A stretch of DNA of 37,370 bases from positions 1-37,370 of the IMG/VR virus record IMGVR_UViG_3300048853_000106; one strand, 5' to 3'. The first letter of the stretch is position 1; every line of letters begins with the position of its first letter. The notes below the pieces were generated by a model. The model was not told where the DNA came from. It made no database searches and saw nothing but the letters and a program-made list of their open reading frames with translations. This document shows positions 26,879 to 34,832 of this stretch, piece by piece. The stretch is from a virus (Duplodnaviria > Caudoviricetes). Made by a program: the position numbers and the translations under genes.

Positions 26879-27133
26879 TCAGTGCTCCTTCTCGATCAGG
26901 GAGACCTGGCGCGGGTCGGCCGGCTTTTCGACGTAGATGAAGCCGCGCTCGCAGTGGTCGAGCTCGGCGCGCGCTGCAGCTTGACAGGCGTGTTCGCACA
27001 CATGGGCGTGCTGGCCGTCGAACAGGCAGCCGCGGCAGCTTTTGGCGGGGCGGGTGGTGAACTGCATGGACTCGGGCGCCAGGGGAACGTCGGCGCGGCC
27101 GAGCCACTTGTGGATGGCGACGAGCTGGGTCAT
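26879..27133 (-). CDS. Cys-rich hypothetical protein
   Basis: 84 aa with SCRGCLF...C...C...C; coupled to neighbours. Confidence 0.7.
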   Translation of the reverse strand: MTQLVAIHKWLGRADVPLAPESMQFTTRPAKSCRGCLFDGQHAHVCEHACQAAARAELDHCERGFIYVEKPADPRQVSLIEKEH

Positions 27134-27333
27134 GGCGGCGACACCTTCACCGCTTCAGCCTGGAGCATGGTGGCGCGCGTGTACGCAGCCTTCGCCGCGT
27201 CGTGGCCCTTCTGCCAGTCTTCGATTGCTGGCGCGCCAGCGTTCATGTTGTGGTCGTCACGGCCGAGGCCGCGCACGAAGGCGGCGGCGCCACGGCGGTG
27301 CATTTCGGTGCAGGTGCAGATCTGGTCCGTCAT
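27130..27333 (-). CDS. Small protein, Rmf/CrpP-like pattern
   Basis: RGAAAF.RG.......W.KG pattern; GGAGG RBS. Confidence 0.6.
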   Translation of the reverse strand: MTDQICTCTEMHRRGAAAFVRGLGRDDHNMNAGAPAIEDWQKGHDAAKAAYTRATMLQAEAVKVSPP

Positions 27334-27524
27334 GGCTGGCCTCCAGCCTTGCGGTACTGCGCGACTGCCGTTGCCAGCTCGTCGCTGCTCTTGGCCAGGC
27401 GGCCAATCTCGCGGCCTTTCTGGTCGTCGGCGGCGTCACGCACGGTGCGCCGCTGGTCGACCCAGTTGCACGCCTTGGCGATAACCTTTGTCGCCGCGTG
27501 ACTTTCGGGTGATAATTTGTCCAC
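27330..27524 (-). CDS. Hypothetical helical protein (64 aa)
   Basis: GTG start after AAAGGA; stop overlaps the next ATG. Confidence 0.65.
   Translation of the reverse strand: MDKLSPESHAATKVIAKACNWVDQRRTVRDAADDQKGREIGRLAKSSDELATAVAQYRKAGGQP
27488..27516 (+). promoter_or_regulatory. Antisense promoter (pO/oop-like)
   Basis: TTGTCG (27488-27493), 17 bp, GATAAT (27511-27516). Confidence 0.55.
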
Positions 27525-27541
27525 GTTGAAATCCTTTTAAG

Positions 27542-27569
27542 GCCCGGCTCCACACCGGGCTATTTTTTT
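27542..27569 (+). terminator. Plus-strand intrinsic terminator within minus-strand operon
   Basis: GCCCGG-CTCCACA-CCGGGC-TATTTTTTT. Confidence 0.75.
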
Positions 27570-27603
27570 GCCTGTCTCCTGGCCACGAAGCCTGAAGCCG
27601 CAA

Positions 27604-27864
27604 TCAAAGATGCCTCCGACCCGACGCCACGCCGCGCGCCCGGGCTGCTGGGCGACCGCGACCCGGACAATGTCGGGATTCCTTGCTCGGCACCGGGCCG
27701 CTACCATGGCGGCGAACTGCTTCGTTGCCGAGGGTGCGGAACCAGGCCGAAAGACCGAGGCCGGCAGCCGCGGCCACTTCCTTGGCTTTGCTCTTTTCGA
27801 TCGTGCTGACGAGGACTTCCACGCGGTGGATGCGGGTGTCGTCGTCGAGGGCTGCGTGGTACAT
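27604..27864 (-). CDS. Ribbon-helix-helix-like DNA-binding protein in cII position
   Basis: 86 aa from ATG 27864 (AAGGAG RBS); RVEVLV-STIEKSKAKEVAAAAGLGLSAWFR. Confidence 0.65.
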   Translation of the reverse strand: MYHAALDDDTRIHRVEVLVSTIEKSKAKEVAAAAGLGLSAWFRTLGNEAVRRHGSGPVPSKESRHCPGRGRPAARARGVASGRRHL

Positions 27865-27939
27865 GTGTTTCTCCTTGGTGGTGCGGGTTACGGTGTGGGT
27901 GGTGCTGGGCAAAAGCCCGTGGGCAACTGCAGGCCCGTG

Positions 27940-27965
27940 AAAAAGCCGCAGGGGTTACTGCGGCT
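27940..27965 (-). terminator. tR1-like terminator overlapping cro stop
   Basis: AGCCGCAG-TAACCC-CTGCGGCT-TTTT on the minus strand. Confidence 0.75.
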
Positions 27966-28164
27966 GAGGCGCCAAGCGAGGCTTCTTGCATCGCTGCTTG
28001 TGAAGCTCCAGCAATCGACTACCGATCACCATGGAGGGTCGGGCGCCGCGCTTGCCATGCCGGAACGCGTTGATCGTCGGCTGGCTGCAGGGCACCAAGT
28101 CAGCAAGCTGCTGCTCGGTGAGGCCAGTCCCCAAGAGGTCGGAGGTGATTTTTTGGAAGTCCAT
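27955..28164 (-). CDS. cro: Cro-like HTH regulator
   Basis: 69 aa, GLTEQQLADLVPCSQPTIN; divergent from cI. Confidence 0.88.
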   Translation of the reverse strand: MDFQKITSDLLGTGLTEQQLADLVPCSQPTINAFRHGKRGARPSMVIGSRLLELHKQRCKKPRLAPQPQ

Positions 28165-28172
28165 GGCGTCAC

Positions 28173-28237
28173 ATTATCACGTTTGTGTTTGTGATGTCAA
28201 ACACCAACGTGATTAAGATGTGTATTACATTCGTGAT
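28173..28237. promoter_or_regulatory. OR region: three operators, PR and PRM
   Basis: ATCAC-N4-GTGAT-like sites at 28176, 28200 and 28224 (24-bp period). PR is TTGACA-16-GATAAT on the minus strand. TACATT at 28226-28231 lies 6 nt before the cI ATG. Confidence 0.8.
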
Positions 28238-28960
28238 ATGAAAAACTTGGCAGAACGACTGGCTTTCGCGCGCGAGCGCAAGGGCCTCACGCAGGGGGCG
28301 CTGGCAAAATTGGCCGGGGTTTCGCAGGGCACCATTGGAAATTTGGAGGCTGGACTTCGGAACACCGCGCGCTCAATCTTGGAGATAGCGGCCGCCCTCG
28401 AGGTGGATCCGACCTGGCTCGCCAACGGCAAGGGAGAGATGAGTGCGGAGGCCAGCGCGCCAGCAGGAGGCTCGCCCTTCATTGACGACGACGCCCCAAC
28501 CGTGGAAGGCCGACCGGTTCGCGGCGGTGAGGCGCCGAATACGATCGCGATCCCGCGCGTAAAGCTGCGGCTACGGGCTGGGGTATCGAACTACGACACC
28601 GAGCCGGACCTGGGCGACGATGGGCATGAGCTGATCCCCACTGCGGTGATCACGCAGCTGCAGTTGAACCCGGCGACGCTACTCGCAGTGCGCGTGCGCG
28701 GTGAGAGCATGGAGCCGATGTTGTTTGAGGATGACGTCGTGATCATTGACCGGTCGGACATCAAGCCGATTAGCCGCGAGGTCTATGCGGTAAATATCGA
28801 CGGCCAAGCATGTGTGAAGCAGCTGATCCACAAGGGCGGCCAGTGGTATCTCTATTCGCTGCACGAAGATCATGCGCCTGTAAATGTGAAGAGCGCGCAA
28901 GTAAGTATTGTGGGACGCGTGGTGATTCAGCCGACGCGTGTTTTAACTGGTCGCCTTTAA
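28238..28960 (+). CDS. cI: CI-type repressor, XRE HTH plus S24 peptidase
   Basis: LTQGALAKLAGVSQGTIGNLE HTH, Ala-Gly cleavage site (RAG), Ser (GESMEP) and Lys (VKQL) dyad. Confidence 0.95.
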   Translation: MKNLAERLAFARERKGLTQGALAKLAGVSQGTIGNLEAGLRNTARSILEIAAALEVDPTWLANGKGEMSAEASAPAGGSPFIDDDAPTVEGRPVRGGEAPNTIAIPRVKLRLRAGVSNYDTEPDLGDDGHELIPTAVITQLQLNPATLLAVRVRGESMEPMLFEDDVVIIDRSDIKPISREVYAVNIDGQACVKQLIHKGGQWYLYSLHEDHAPVNVKSAQVSIVGRVVIQPTRVLTGRL

Positions 28961-28969
28961 TAGGTAAGT

Positions 28970-29530
28970 ATGAAACTCCTTGCGTCTTTATTCCTTGTTG
29001 CATCGCTTGCCGGCTGCGCTTATGCAGAGCACCAGCAGGCGGTTCGCCATGTGCATAGCTATGTCGCGGATAAAAGGCCCATGGCTGAACGCGGCGACAT
29101 TAAATGGTCGGACTATTACAAAGGGCTTTATAACTTCCTGAGTGCTGCAAATGCTCCAGGTGCCACGCTCGGCCAAGCCAACGAAATGATCCGCGTCGCT
29201 GGGAATTATGAGGCTGGCCGAATCTCGAAAGAGGACTTTGAGTACGCGCGCCGCGATGCGGATGCGAAGAGTAGAACGGCTGCGCAGGCGCTGGCGCAAG
29301 AGCAAGCTCAACTCGGAGCGGCGCAGATGGTAGCCGGTGCGCAACTCATGCAGGCGAGTGGACCGCGAGTATTGGCGCCCCAGGTAGTTGCGCCCGCCCC
29401 GTCGAACGCGGGAATTGTCGGCTTCCTGCAGTCTCAATCCACAAACGGCAATCTGCGGTACTGCCGATATAACAACGGCGTCGTGAACACGATAAATATC
29501 GTCGACCTGTGTCCGCTGAATACGCAATAA
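28970..29530 (+). CDS. Lipoprotein in immunity operon (candidate superinfection exclusion)
   Basis: MKLLASLFLVASLAGC lipobox; lower GC; starts 9 nt after cI. Confidence 0.8.
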   Translation: MKLLASLFLVASLAGCAYAEHQQAVRHVHSYVADKRPMAERGDIKWSDYYKGLYNFLSAANAPGATLGQANEMIRVAGNYEAGRISKEDFEYARRDADAKSRTAAQALAQEQAQLGAAQMVAGAQLMQASGPRVLAPQVVAPAPSNAGIVGFLQSQSTNGNLRYCRYNNGVVNTINIVDLCPLNTQ

Positions 29531-29552
29531 ATAATCCCCGCCGTGGCGGGGA

Positions 29553-29816
29553 GTGAATGGAGATAACGAAATGCTTTCTGAAGAATTTGAAACACTCAAG
29601 TTTTATGTCGATTCGGTAGCAGGCGTGCAGGCTGCTCAAACTGTCGCGATAAATTGCTTATTAGGTCAGTATCGCGGAAATGCTGTTGCTCTGGAATCGC
29701 TTACTCAGGCGTTCGAATTGATGCGAGCCAATCTCATTGCTTCGAAAGGATCAGATTATAAGCTTGAGCAGTTCAACGCGATAGCTGAGGTGATGATCGA
29801 ATCCCTGAGACCATAG
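29553..29816 (+). CDS. AT-rich hypothetical protein (start 29553 or 29571)
   Basis: Helical 81-87 aa ORF; GGAG before ATG 29571. Confidence 0.65.
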   Translation: MNGDNEMLSEEFETLKFYVDSVAGVQAAQTVAINCLLGQYRGNAVALESLTQAFELMRANLIASKGSDYKLEQFNAIAEVMIESLRP

Positions 29817-30030
29817 TTGCAATGTGACGGCAGCCGCATGCGTCAGGAGTGCATGGCACCGCGCATGCCTGCAGGTATTTTTCTGTGTCGGAAGTGCGCG
29901 GCGCTTCGCTGACTGCCAGATCATAGTTCGACTGTAATCCATCCGTCTCCACATCCGCCAGAAGCCGGAACGGCATCCCCCTGAAGTGCACCAGGGTTCC
30001 CTTCGATAGCACAACCATATCTTCCTCCAT
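29773..30030 (-). CDS. Possible small convergent hypothetical protein
   Basis: VVLSKGTLVHFRGMPFRLLADVE looks like a real beta domain; GGAGGA before ATG 30018. Confidence 0.4.
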   Translation of the reverse strand: MEEDMVVLSKGTLVHFRGMPFRLLADVETDGLQSNYDLAVSEAPRTSDTEKYLQACAVPCTPDACGCRHIATMVSGIRSSPQLSR

Positions 30031-30054
30031 GCCCGCCACGCGCGGGCTTTTTTT
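30031..30054 (+). terminator. Immunity-operon terminator (t-imm-like)
   Basis: GCCCGC-CACGC-GCGGGC-TTTTTTT. Confidence 0.85.
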
Positions 30055-30124
30055 CGCCCGTCGCTCGGGCCGGCTGCCCGAAGTGCTCGGGCAAAACACA
30101 GTGTAGCAAAATTCTGCAAGAAAA

Positions 30125-30166
30125 ATCACAAATGTGTTTGACACGGCTAAACACATACGTGATAAT
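30125..30166 (+). promoter_or_regulatory. PL promoter with two OL operators
   Basis: TTGACA (30138-30143), 17 bp, GATAAT (30161-30166). Operators ATCAC-AAAT-GTGTT (30125) and AACAC-ATAC-GTGAT (30150) match the OR sites. Confidence 0.85.
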
Positions 30167-30211
30167 TCATCCATCGCAACCGAGCCCAGCAGGGCGAACC
30201 CGGAGAACACG

Positions 30212-30574
30212 ATGGACCGCAACCAACCGACCGAAGAGCAGCGCGACGCGAAGATCGCCGAGCTGACCGAGAAAGCCTGCGCCGAGTGGACGGCGCGTGT
30301 TCAGCGCGGTGAACAGAGCGCGCTGGCCGACCTGCAGAACGTGGTGCTGGAGCGCCTGAGCGCCGACGACGCGAAGGCGATCTTCGCGGCCGCGCTGCTG
30401 GGCCAGGGCGCCGGCGACGCGCTGTTCGCCGCTACCGTGCAGCGCGCCATGTACGACCAGTGCGAGGTCGAGGCGATCAAGCAGGTCGAGCGCATGGAAG
30501 CGCGCCGCGCCGAGGAAGCGCGCCATGCCCGCATCGAGCGCCGCGTGTTCGATTTCCTGCTGGGGGCCGCGTGA
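30212..30574 (+). CDS. First PL-operon protein, helical, unknown function
   Basis: 120 aa; GGAG RBS. Confidence 0.8.
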   Translation: MDRNQPTEEQRDAKIAELTEKACAEWTARVQRGEQSALADLQNVVLERLSADDAKAIFAAALLGQGAGDALFAATVQRAMYDQCEVEAIKQVERMEARRAEEARHARIERRVFDFLLGAA

Positions 30575-30789
30575 TGTGCTCCGGATGCAAAGACACCGGC
30601 AGCCGATCGCGCGACCTGCACGGTTATTTGGACTGCCCATGCGGCATCGCGGAAGAACGCGTGACCGTCGAGACCTGGGCGCGCGACAACGCACCCAACA
30701 CTGACCCGGTCGACGCCTGGCTGATCTACCAGTTCGGTAAGTCAGCAGCACAGAACACCCAAACCGAAGCCGGCCGCGCCGGCGCATAA
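30574..30789 (+). CDS. Small zinc-finger protein
   Basis: 71 aa, MCSGCKDTG...DCPC; TGATG coupling. Confidence 0.7.
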   Translation: MCSGCKDTGSRSRDLHGYLDCPCGIAEERVTVETWARDNAPNTDPVDAWLIYQFGKSAAQNTQTEAGRAGA

Positions 30790-30802
30790 CGAGGAGAGCA
30801 GG

Positions 30803-31135
30803 ATGGACGCAGCACATACGCCCACGCCGTGGGTCTGGATCGAAAAGCCGACGACAGCAGGCACCGTGTTCAAGGTCGGCTCGCAGCAGATGGTCGACGG
30901 CACGCATGGCGGAATCTGCCTGTATGACGACCACACGGCGCGCAATCCGCGCGCCCCTGGCGAGCAGCAGGCCAATGCTGAATTTATCGTCCGCGCCTGC
31001 AATGCGCACTACATGCTGCGTAACCTGCTGGAGGAAGCCGCACGCCGCGTGCTAGAAGACCCGGCTGGCGACCACGGCCTGGCTGACCGCATCGCGAACA
31101 CCCTGAGCGAACTTGCATCCGGGAGCGCCGAATGA
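30803..31135 (+). CDS. Ea22/Ead-like small phage protein
   Basis: HTPTPW...ANAEFIVRACNAH motif; GAGGAG RBS. Confidence 0.75.
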   Translation: MDAAHTPTPWVWIEKPTTAGTVFKVGSQQMVDGTHGGICLYDDHTARNPRAPGEQQANAEFIVRACNAHYMLRNLLEEAARRVLEDPAGDHGLADRIANTLSELASGSAE

Positions 31136-31347
31136 CCGCCATCACCCGCATCGCGCGCCGCCTGGTGCGCAAGCTGACCAAGCCCCTGCGCCTGGCCGTG
31201 ATCCGCTACCAGTTGGCCCTGAGCGCCGGCAACGTGGTTGCGCTGGAAGACGCGCGCATCGAAACGCTGTCGCTGCTGCGCGCCGAGCACGTGCGCCAAG
31301 TGCAGCTGATGGCGCGCCAGCGTGCCGTGGAAGGGGACTTCGCATGA
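31132..31347 (+). CDS. Hypothetical protein (71 aa)
   Basis: ATGA-coupled on both sides. Confidence 0.7.
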   Translation: MTAITRIARRLVRKLTKPLRLAVIRYQLALSAGNVVALEDARIETLSLLRAEHVRQVQLMARQRAVEGDFA

Positions 31348-31448
31348 TCCGCCACCTGCACCAACAATATCGCCTGTCCCTGCGCGCCGGCTTCGGCCCG
31401 CGCAAGGCCGCTGTCCGCGCGCTGCGGACGTACCTGAAAGGTTTCTGA
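31344..31448 (+). CDS. Small basic peptide (34 aa)
   Basis: MIRHLHQQYRLSLRAGFGPRKAAVRALRTYLKGF; ATGA overlap upstream, ends 1 nt before recT. Confidence 0.6.
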   Translation: MIRHLHQQYRLSLRAGFGPRKAAVRALRTYLKGF

Positions 31449-31449
31449 A

Positions 31450-32436
31450 ATGAGCAACGCACTCGCTATCGTTACCGGCGCCATCCAGGAAGCGCGCGAC
31501 GACTTCTCCCGCGTGCTGGCCGATCGCAGCTTGAGCTTCGAGCGCGAATCCGGCTTCGCCATCCAGCAGCTGCAGAAGAATGATTACACCTTGGGCGTGG
31601 CGATGAAGAACCGCCAGTCCGTGGTGAACGCGGTCACCAACGTGGCCGCGATCGGCATCAGCCTGAACCCGGCGCGCAAGCAGGCGTACCTGGTGCCGCG
31701 CGACGGCCAGATTTGCCTGGACATCAGCTACATCGGCCTGCTCGACCTGGCCGTGGCGTCGGGCTCGATCCTGTGGGGGCAAGCCGAGATCGTCCGCGAA
31801 ACCGACGGCTTCGCGCTGAACGGCTTCGACAAGCCGCCCACGCACAACTTCAACCCGTTCGGCAAGGACCGCGGCGCGATCGTCGGCGCCTACGTGGTGG
31901 TGAAGACGCACAGCGGCGACTACCTGACCACCACCATGTCGGCCGACGAGATTTACGCGATCCGCGACCGATCCGAAGGCTGGAAGGCGTACTACGCGAA
32001 GAAGATCAAGTCGACGCCGTGGGCGAGCGACGAGGGCGAGATGGTCAAGAAGACGGTCATCAAGCGCGCGTACAAGCTGTGGCCGAAGACGGAGCGCCTG
32101 GACAACGTAATGGACCACCTGAACAACGCAAACGCCGAGGGCATTTCTGACCGGCCCGACGACTGGATCGACGTTGCGCCGCTGATTGCCGAGGCGATGC
32201 GCACGAAGACCGACGCCGAGGCGCTGGCGTACTGGAAGGCCAACAACGCGATGTTGGCGAATCAGCCGGCCGACCACAAAAAGCTGAAGGACGCGATCGC
32301 CACGCACCGCGCCGCGCTGCGCGCCCAGGCCGAAGAAGCGACGACGATCGACGTCGAAGCCAAGCCCGTTGCCGAGACGCCGGCCGTCAGCCCGGAAGAT
32401 GCCGACTACAACCGTACTGCAGGAGCACAGCCATGA
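31450..32436 (+). CDS. recT: RecT/Red-beta-like single-strand annealing protein
   Basis: GISLNP...AYLVPR, ISYIGL, GAYVV, W....EM.KKTVIKRA.K.WP. Confidence 0.92.
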   Translation: MSNALAIVTGAIQEARDDFSRVLADRSLSFERESGFAIQQLQKNDYTLGVAMKNRQSVVNAVTNVAAIGISLNPARKQAYLVPRDGQICLDISYIGLLDLAVASGSILWGQAEIVRETDGFALNGFDKPPTHNFNPFGKDRGAIVGAYVVVKTHSGDYLTTTMSADEIYAIRDRSEGWKAYYAKKIKSTPWASDEGEMVKKTVIKRAYKLWPKTERLDNVMDHLNNANAEGISDRPDDWIDVAPLIAEAMRTKTDAEALAYWKANNAMLANQPADHKKLKDAIATHRAALRAQAEEATTIDVEAKPVAETPAVSPEDADYNRTAGAQP

Positions 32437-33101
32437 AGTTCATCGAATGCCCACAAGGAACCACCAAGTGGTTCGCAGCCCGCTGCGGCAAGATCACCGC
32501 CAGCTGCTTCGCGGACGCCATCAGCCGCTGCACGCGCAAGTCTGGCGCGCGTGATGTCGGCGACCCGACGGCGGTAGCCGAGCGCTACGCCGCCGACTTG
32601 GCGATCGAGCGCATCAGCGGCCAGATGCACGGTGAGCCGCCGAAAGCATGGGTGCTCGAGCGCGGCCACCAGATGGAAGCGGCGGCGCGCATGCACTACG
32701 AAGCGCGCACCGGCGCGTTTGTGACCGAGGCCGGCATTTGCGTCACCGACGATGGCCTGTTCGGCTACAGCACCGACGGCCTGGTCGACAGCGACGGCCT
32801 GATCGAGGTGAAGGCGCCGATCGACAGCGCGAAGATCATGGCGATGTGGGCGACCGGCGACACCAGCGAGTATGACCACCAGATGCAGGGCGGCATGTGG
32901 ATCACCGGCCGCGCGTGGTGCGATTTCATCATGTACGTGCCGGACCTTGCCGGCGTCGGCAAAGACCTGTTCGTGAAGCGCGTGCACCGCGACGATAAGT
33001 TCATCGACGCCATGGTCGAGCGCCTGGCCGAGTTCGACGGGCTAGTGCAGGCCAACGTGGCAATCCTGCGTGCTGGCGCGCCTGCGGCGGTGGAAGCATG
33101 A
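32433..33101 (+). CDS. YqaJ/lambda-exonuclease family 5'-3' exonuclease
   Basis: QGT..W...R.GKITAS, RG...E, STDGLV, IEVK.P, QMQG.MW. Confidence 0.92.
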   Translation: MKFIECPQGTTKWFAARCGKITASCFADAISRCTRKSGARDVGDPTAVAERYAADLAIERISGQMHGEPPKAWVLERGHQMEAAARMHYEARTGAFVTEAGICVTDDGLFGYSTDGLVDSDGLIEVKAPIDSAKIMAMWATGDTSEYDHQMQGGMWITGRAWCDFIMYVPDLAGVGKDLFVKRVHRDDKFIDAMVERLAEFDGLVQANVAILRAGAPAAVEA

Positions 33102-33277
33102 GCGCCGTCATCCCATACGCACGGCTGGTCGACCTGGCCGACGCCGCGCAGCCCGACCCAAGCGACCTGGAGATCGTCACCGCCGTGTCGGAGGCGTTCG
33201 ACCTGCCGCTGGCCGCCGTGATCGAGCGCCTGATCTGCGTGGACTTCGTGACCGTGCGCAGGCAGGTGACGCCATGA
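33098..33277 (+). CDS. Small acidic hypothetical protein (59 aa)
   Basis: Read by hand (below track cutoff): MSAVIPYARLVDLADAAQPDPSDLEIVTAVSEAFDLPL...; ATGA overlaps at both ends. Confidence 0.7.
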   Translation: MSAVIPYARLVDLADAAQPDPSDLEIVTAVSEAFDLPLAAVIERLICVDFVTVRRQVTP

Positions 33278-33618
33278 GCGCCGAGAGCGAGATCAACATC
33301 TTCCGGTCGCTCGACTTCATCCGAGACAACGCGCCGGCCTACGCAAAGGCCAAGTCCGAGCGTGTCTACCTGGAGGAATTCAGGAAATCGAAGAAGGCGC
33401 TGCTGATGCGCGACGCAGAGAGCGCCGGCCACAAGTCGGCAGTCGCCCAGGAGCGAGAAGCCTACGCCGACCCGGCCTACATGCAGCTGCTGGACGGCTT
33501 GCGCGTAGCGGTCGAACAGGAGGAAGCGCTGAAGTGGCTGATCGTCGGCGCTCAAGCAAAGATCGAAGTGTGGCGGACCATCGAAGCGAACCGCCGTGCC
33601 GAAGCGAAGACCCTTTAA
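33274..33618 (+). CDS. Conserved helical phage protein (possible UvsY-like recombination mediator)
   Basis: 114 aa, YAKAK..RVYLEEFRKSKKALLM...AQEREAYADPAY...IEVWRT..AN.R. Confidence 0.7.
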   Translation: MSAESEINIFRSLDFIRDNAPAYAKAKSERVYLEEFRKSKKALLMRDAESAGHKSAVAQEREAYADPAYMQLLDGLRVAVEQEEALKWLIVGAQAKIEVWRTIEANRRAEAKTL

Positions 33619-33632
33619 CTACGAGAGACGAC

Positions 33633-34832
33633 ATGACCGACGAACAATTCCACGCGCACCGCACCACGCTGGCCAACAACTTCGCCACCGCCGGCGCTGA
33701 GCTGCTCGAGTACATGCGTGCGCCCGGCACCCTGGCTGCGATCCCGAACACGTCGCCCGAGCAGTACGTGGTGGCCGGCGACCTGACCGCGATCCAGGCG
33801 CTGCTGCCGAACCGCCGCGAGCGCCGGGGCCAGCGCCCGAACGAGGATCTGCATTGGGGGCCGGTGGCCGGCCAGCCGCGCCGCTGGACGATCCTGATTA
33901 CCGAAGCCGGCAAGGGCGTCGTGTCCGACTACGGATACAGCTTCCCGGACGCAAAGCCGGACTTCGAGCGCGTCGACGTGGTCGAGCTCGCGGGCATTGC
34001 CAATAAGGCGGCAGAAGAAGGCGAGCTGCCAGAGGGCATGGTGATCGCTCCGCACTATCGTGGATTTGCGCGGCTGGGTATTGGCGCTTATGTCATCAAT
34101 CACACGGCAAATTCTGAGCCAGCCGAGCTGGTGATCAGCACCGCGACCGAAGAAGAGAAAGCCGGCCGCGTGGTGGGCGACAACCGAGACAACCCGGCCG
34201 GCCACATGCTCCAGCCAGAAGCAATGGCTGTCCGCCTATGCTTTGAAAACGTCGCTGGCCTCGATGCGCTGGAAGACCAACTAACAATGCTGCGAGAGGT
34301 TCACTTCCCCGAGTCCATCGCAGCCGACCGCGCAGCTCGTGCTGGTGCCTCGGAAAGCAATATGCAGAAAGTGCATATTCCTTCTGCACGTGTAGGGGCA
34401 GTGCAAAGCATTGATACGCCGGAGTTTCAGTCCCTGCTGAAAGCTTATCGTAACTCGACCATAGATTTTGCGGAGCGGAAGGCTGAATTCATCGCCCACA
34501 TCGACCAGCACGTTGCAAGCCAGGTGCGGGCAGTACGTGACGAGCTGGAAGCGCAGTTGGCCGAGTGCGCAGCGCTGTCGGCGAAGTGGGCGGCAGCGGC
34601 GGGCGATGCGGATGGTCGCGCGTTGAATGCTCGGAATGCGGCGTTGGAAGAAGCAGCAAAGGTGCCTCGCAAGTACGCGCTGGATCTCTCAGCCGGGATT
34701 TTCGGGGCGCGCTACCCGGATGAGGCTACTCACATCTGCAACGCCAGCACGAACATGGGCGACGCCATTCGCGCGCTCAAGGCCCCGGCTATCTCCCACA
34801 GCGGAGAAGGCGAGAAAGGCGGTGCAGCATGA
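33633..34832 (+). CDS. Mosaic multidomain early protein
   Basis: 399 aa with patchwork GC; C-terminal RNAALEEAAK...AIRALK motif common in phage mosaic proteins. Confidence 0.75.
   Translation: MTDEQFHAHRTTLANNFATAGAELLEYMRAPGTLAAIPNTSPEQYVVAGDLTAIQALLPNRRERRGQRPNEDLHWGPVAGQPRRWTILITEAGKGVVSDYGYSFPDAKPDFERVDVVELAGIANKAAEEGELPEGMVIAPHYRGFARLGIGAYVINHTANSEPAELVISTATEEEKAGRVVGDNRDNPAGHMLQPEAMAVRLCFENVAGLDALEDQLTMLREVHFPESIAADRAARAGASESNMQKVHIPSARVGAVQSIDTPEFQSLLKAYRNSTIDFAERKAEFIAHIDQHVASQVRAVRDELEAQLAECAALSAKWAAAAGDADGRALNARNAALEEAAKVPRKYALDLSAGIFGARYPDEATHICNASTNMGDAIRALKAPAISHSGEGEKGGAA

Noticed and set aside
20509-27584. 12-bp inverted match GGCCAGGAGACA (20509-20520) and TGTCTCCTGGCC (27573-27584), a possible sRNA-target pair
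   Set aside because: Many 12-bp matches are expected by chance in 37 kb, and no start codon follows the AGGAG at the putative target. Worth revisiting only if the RNA is confirmed.
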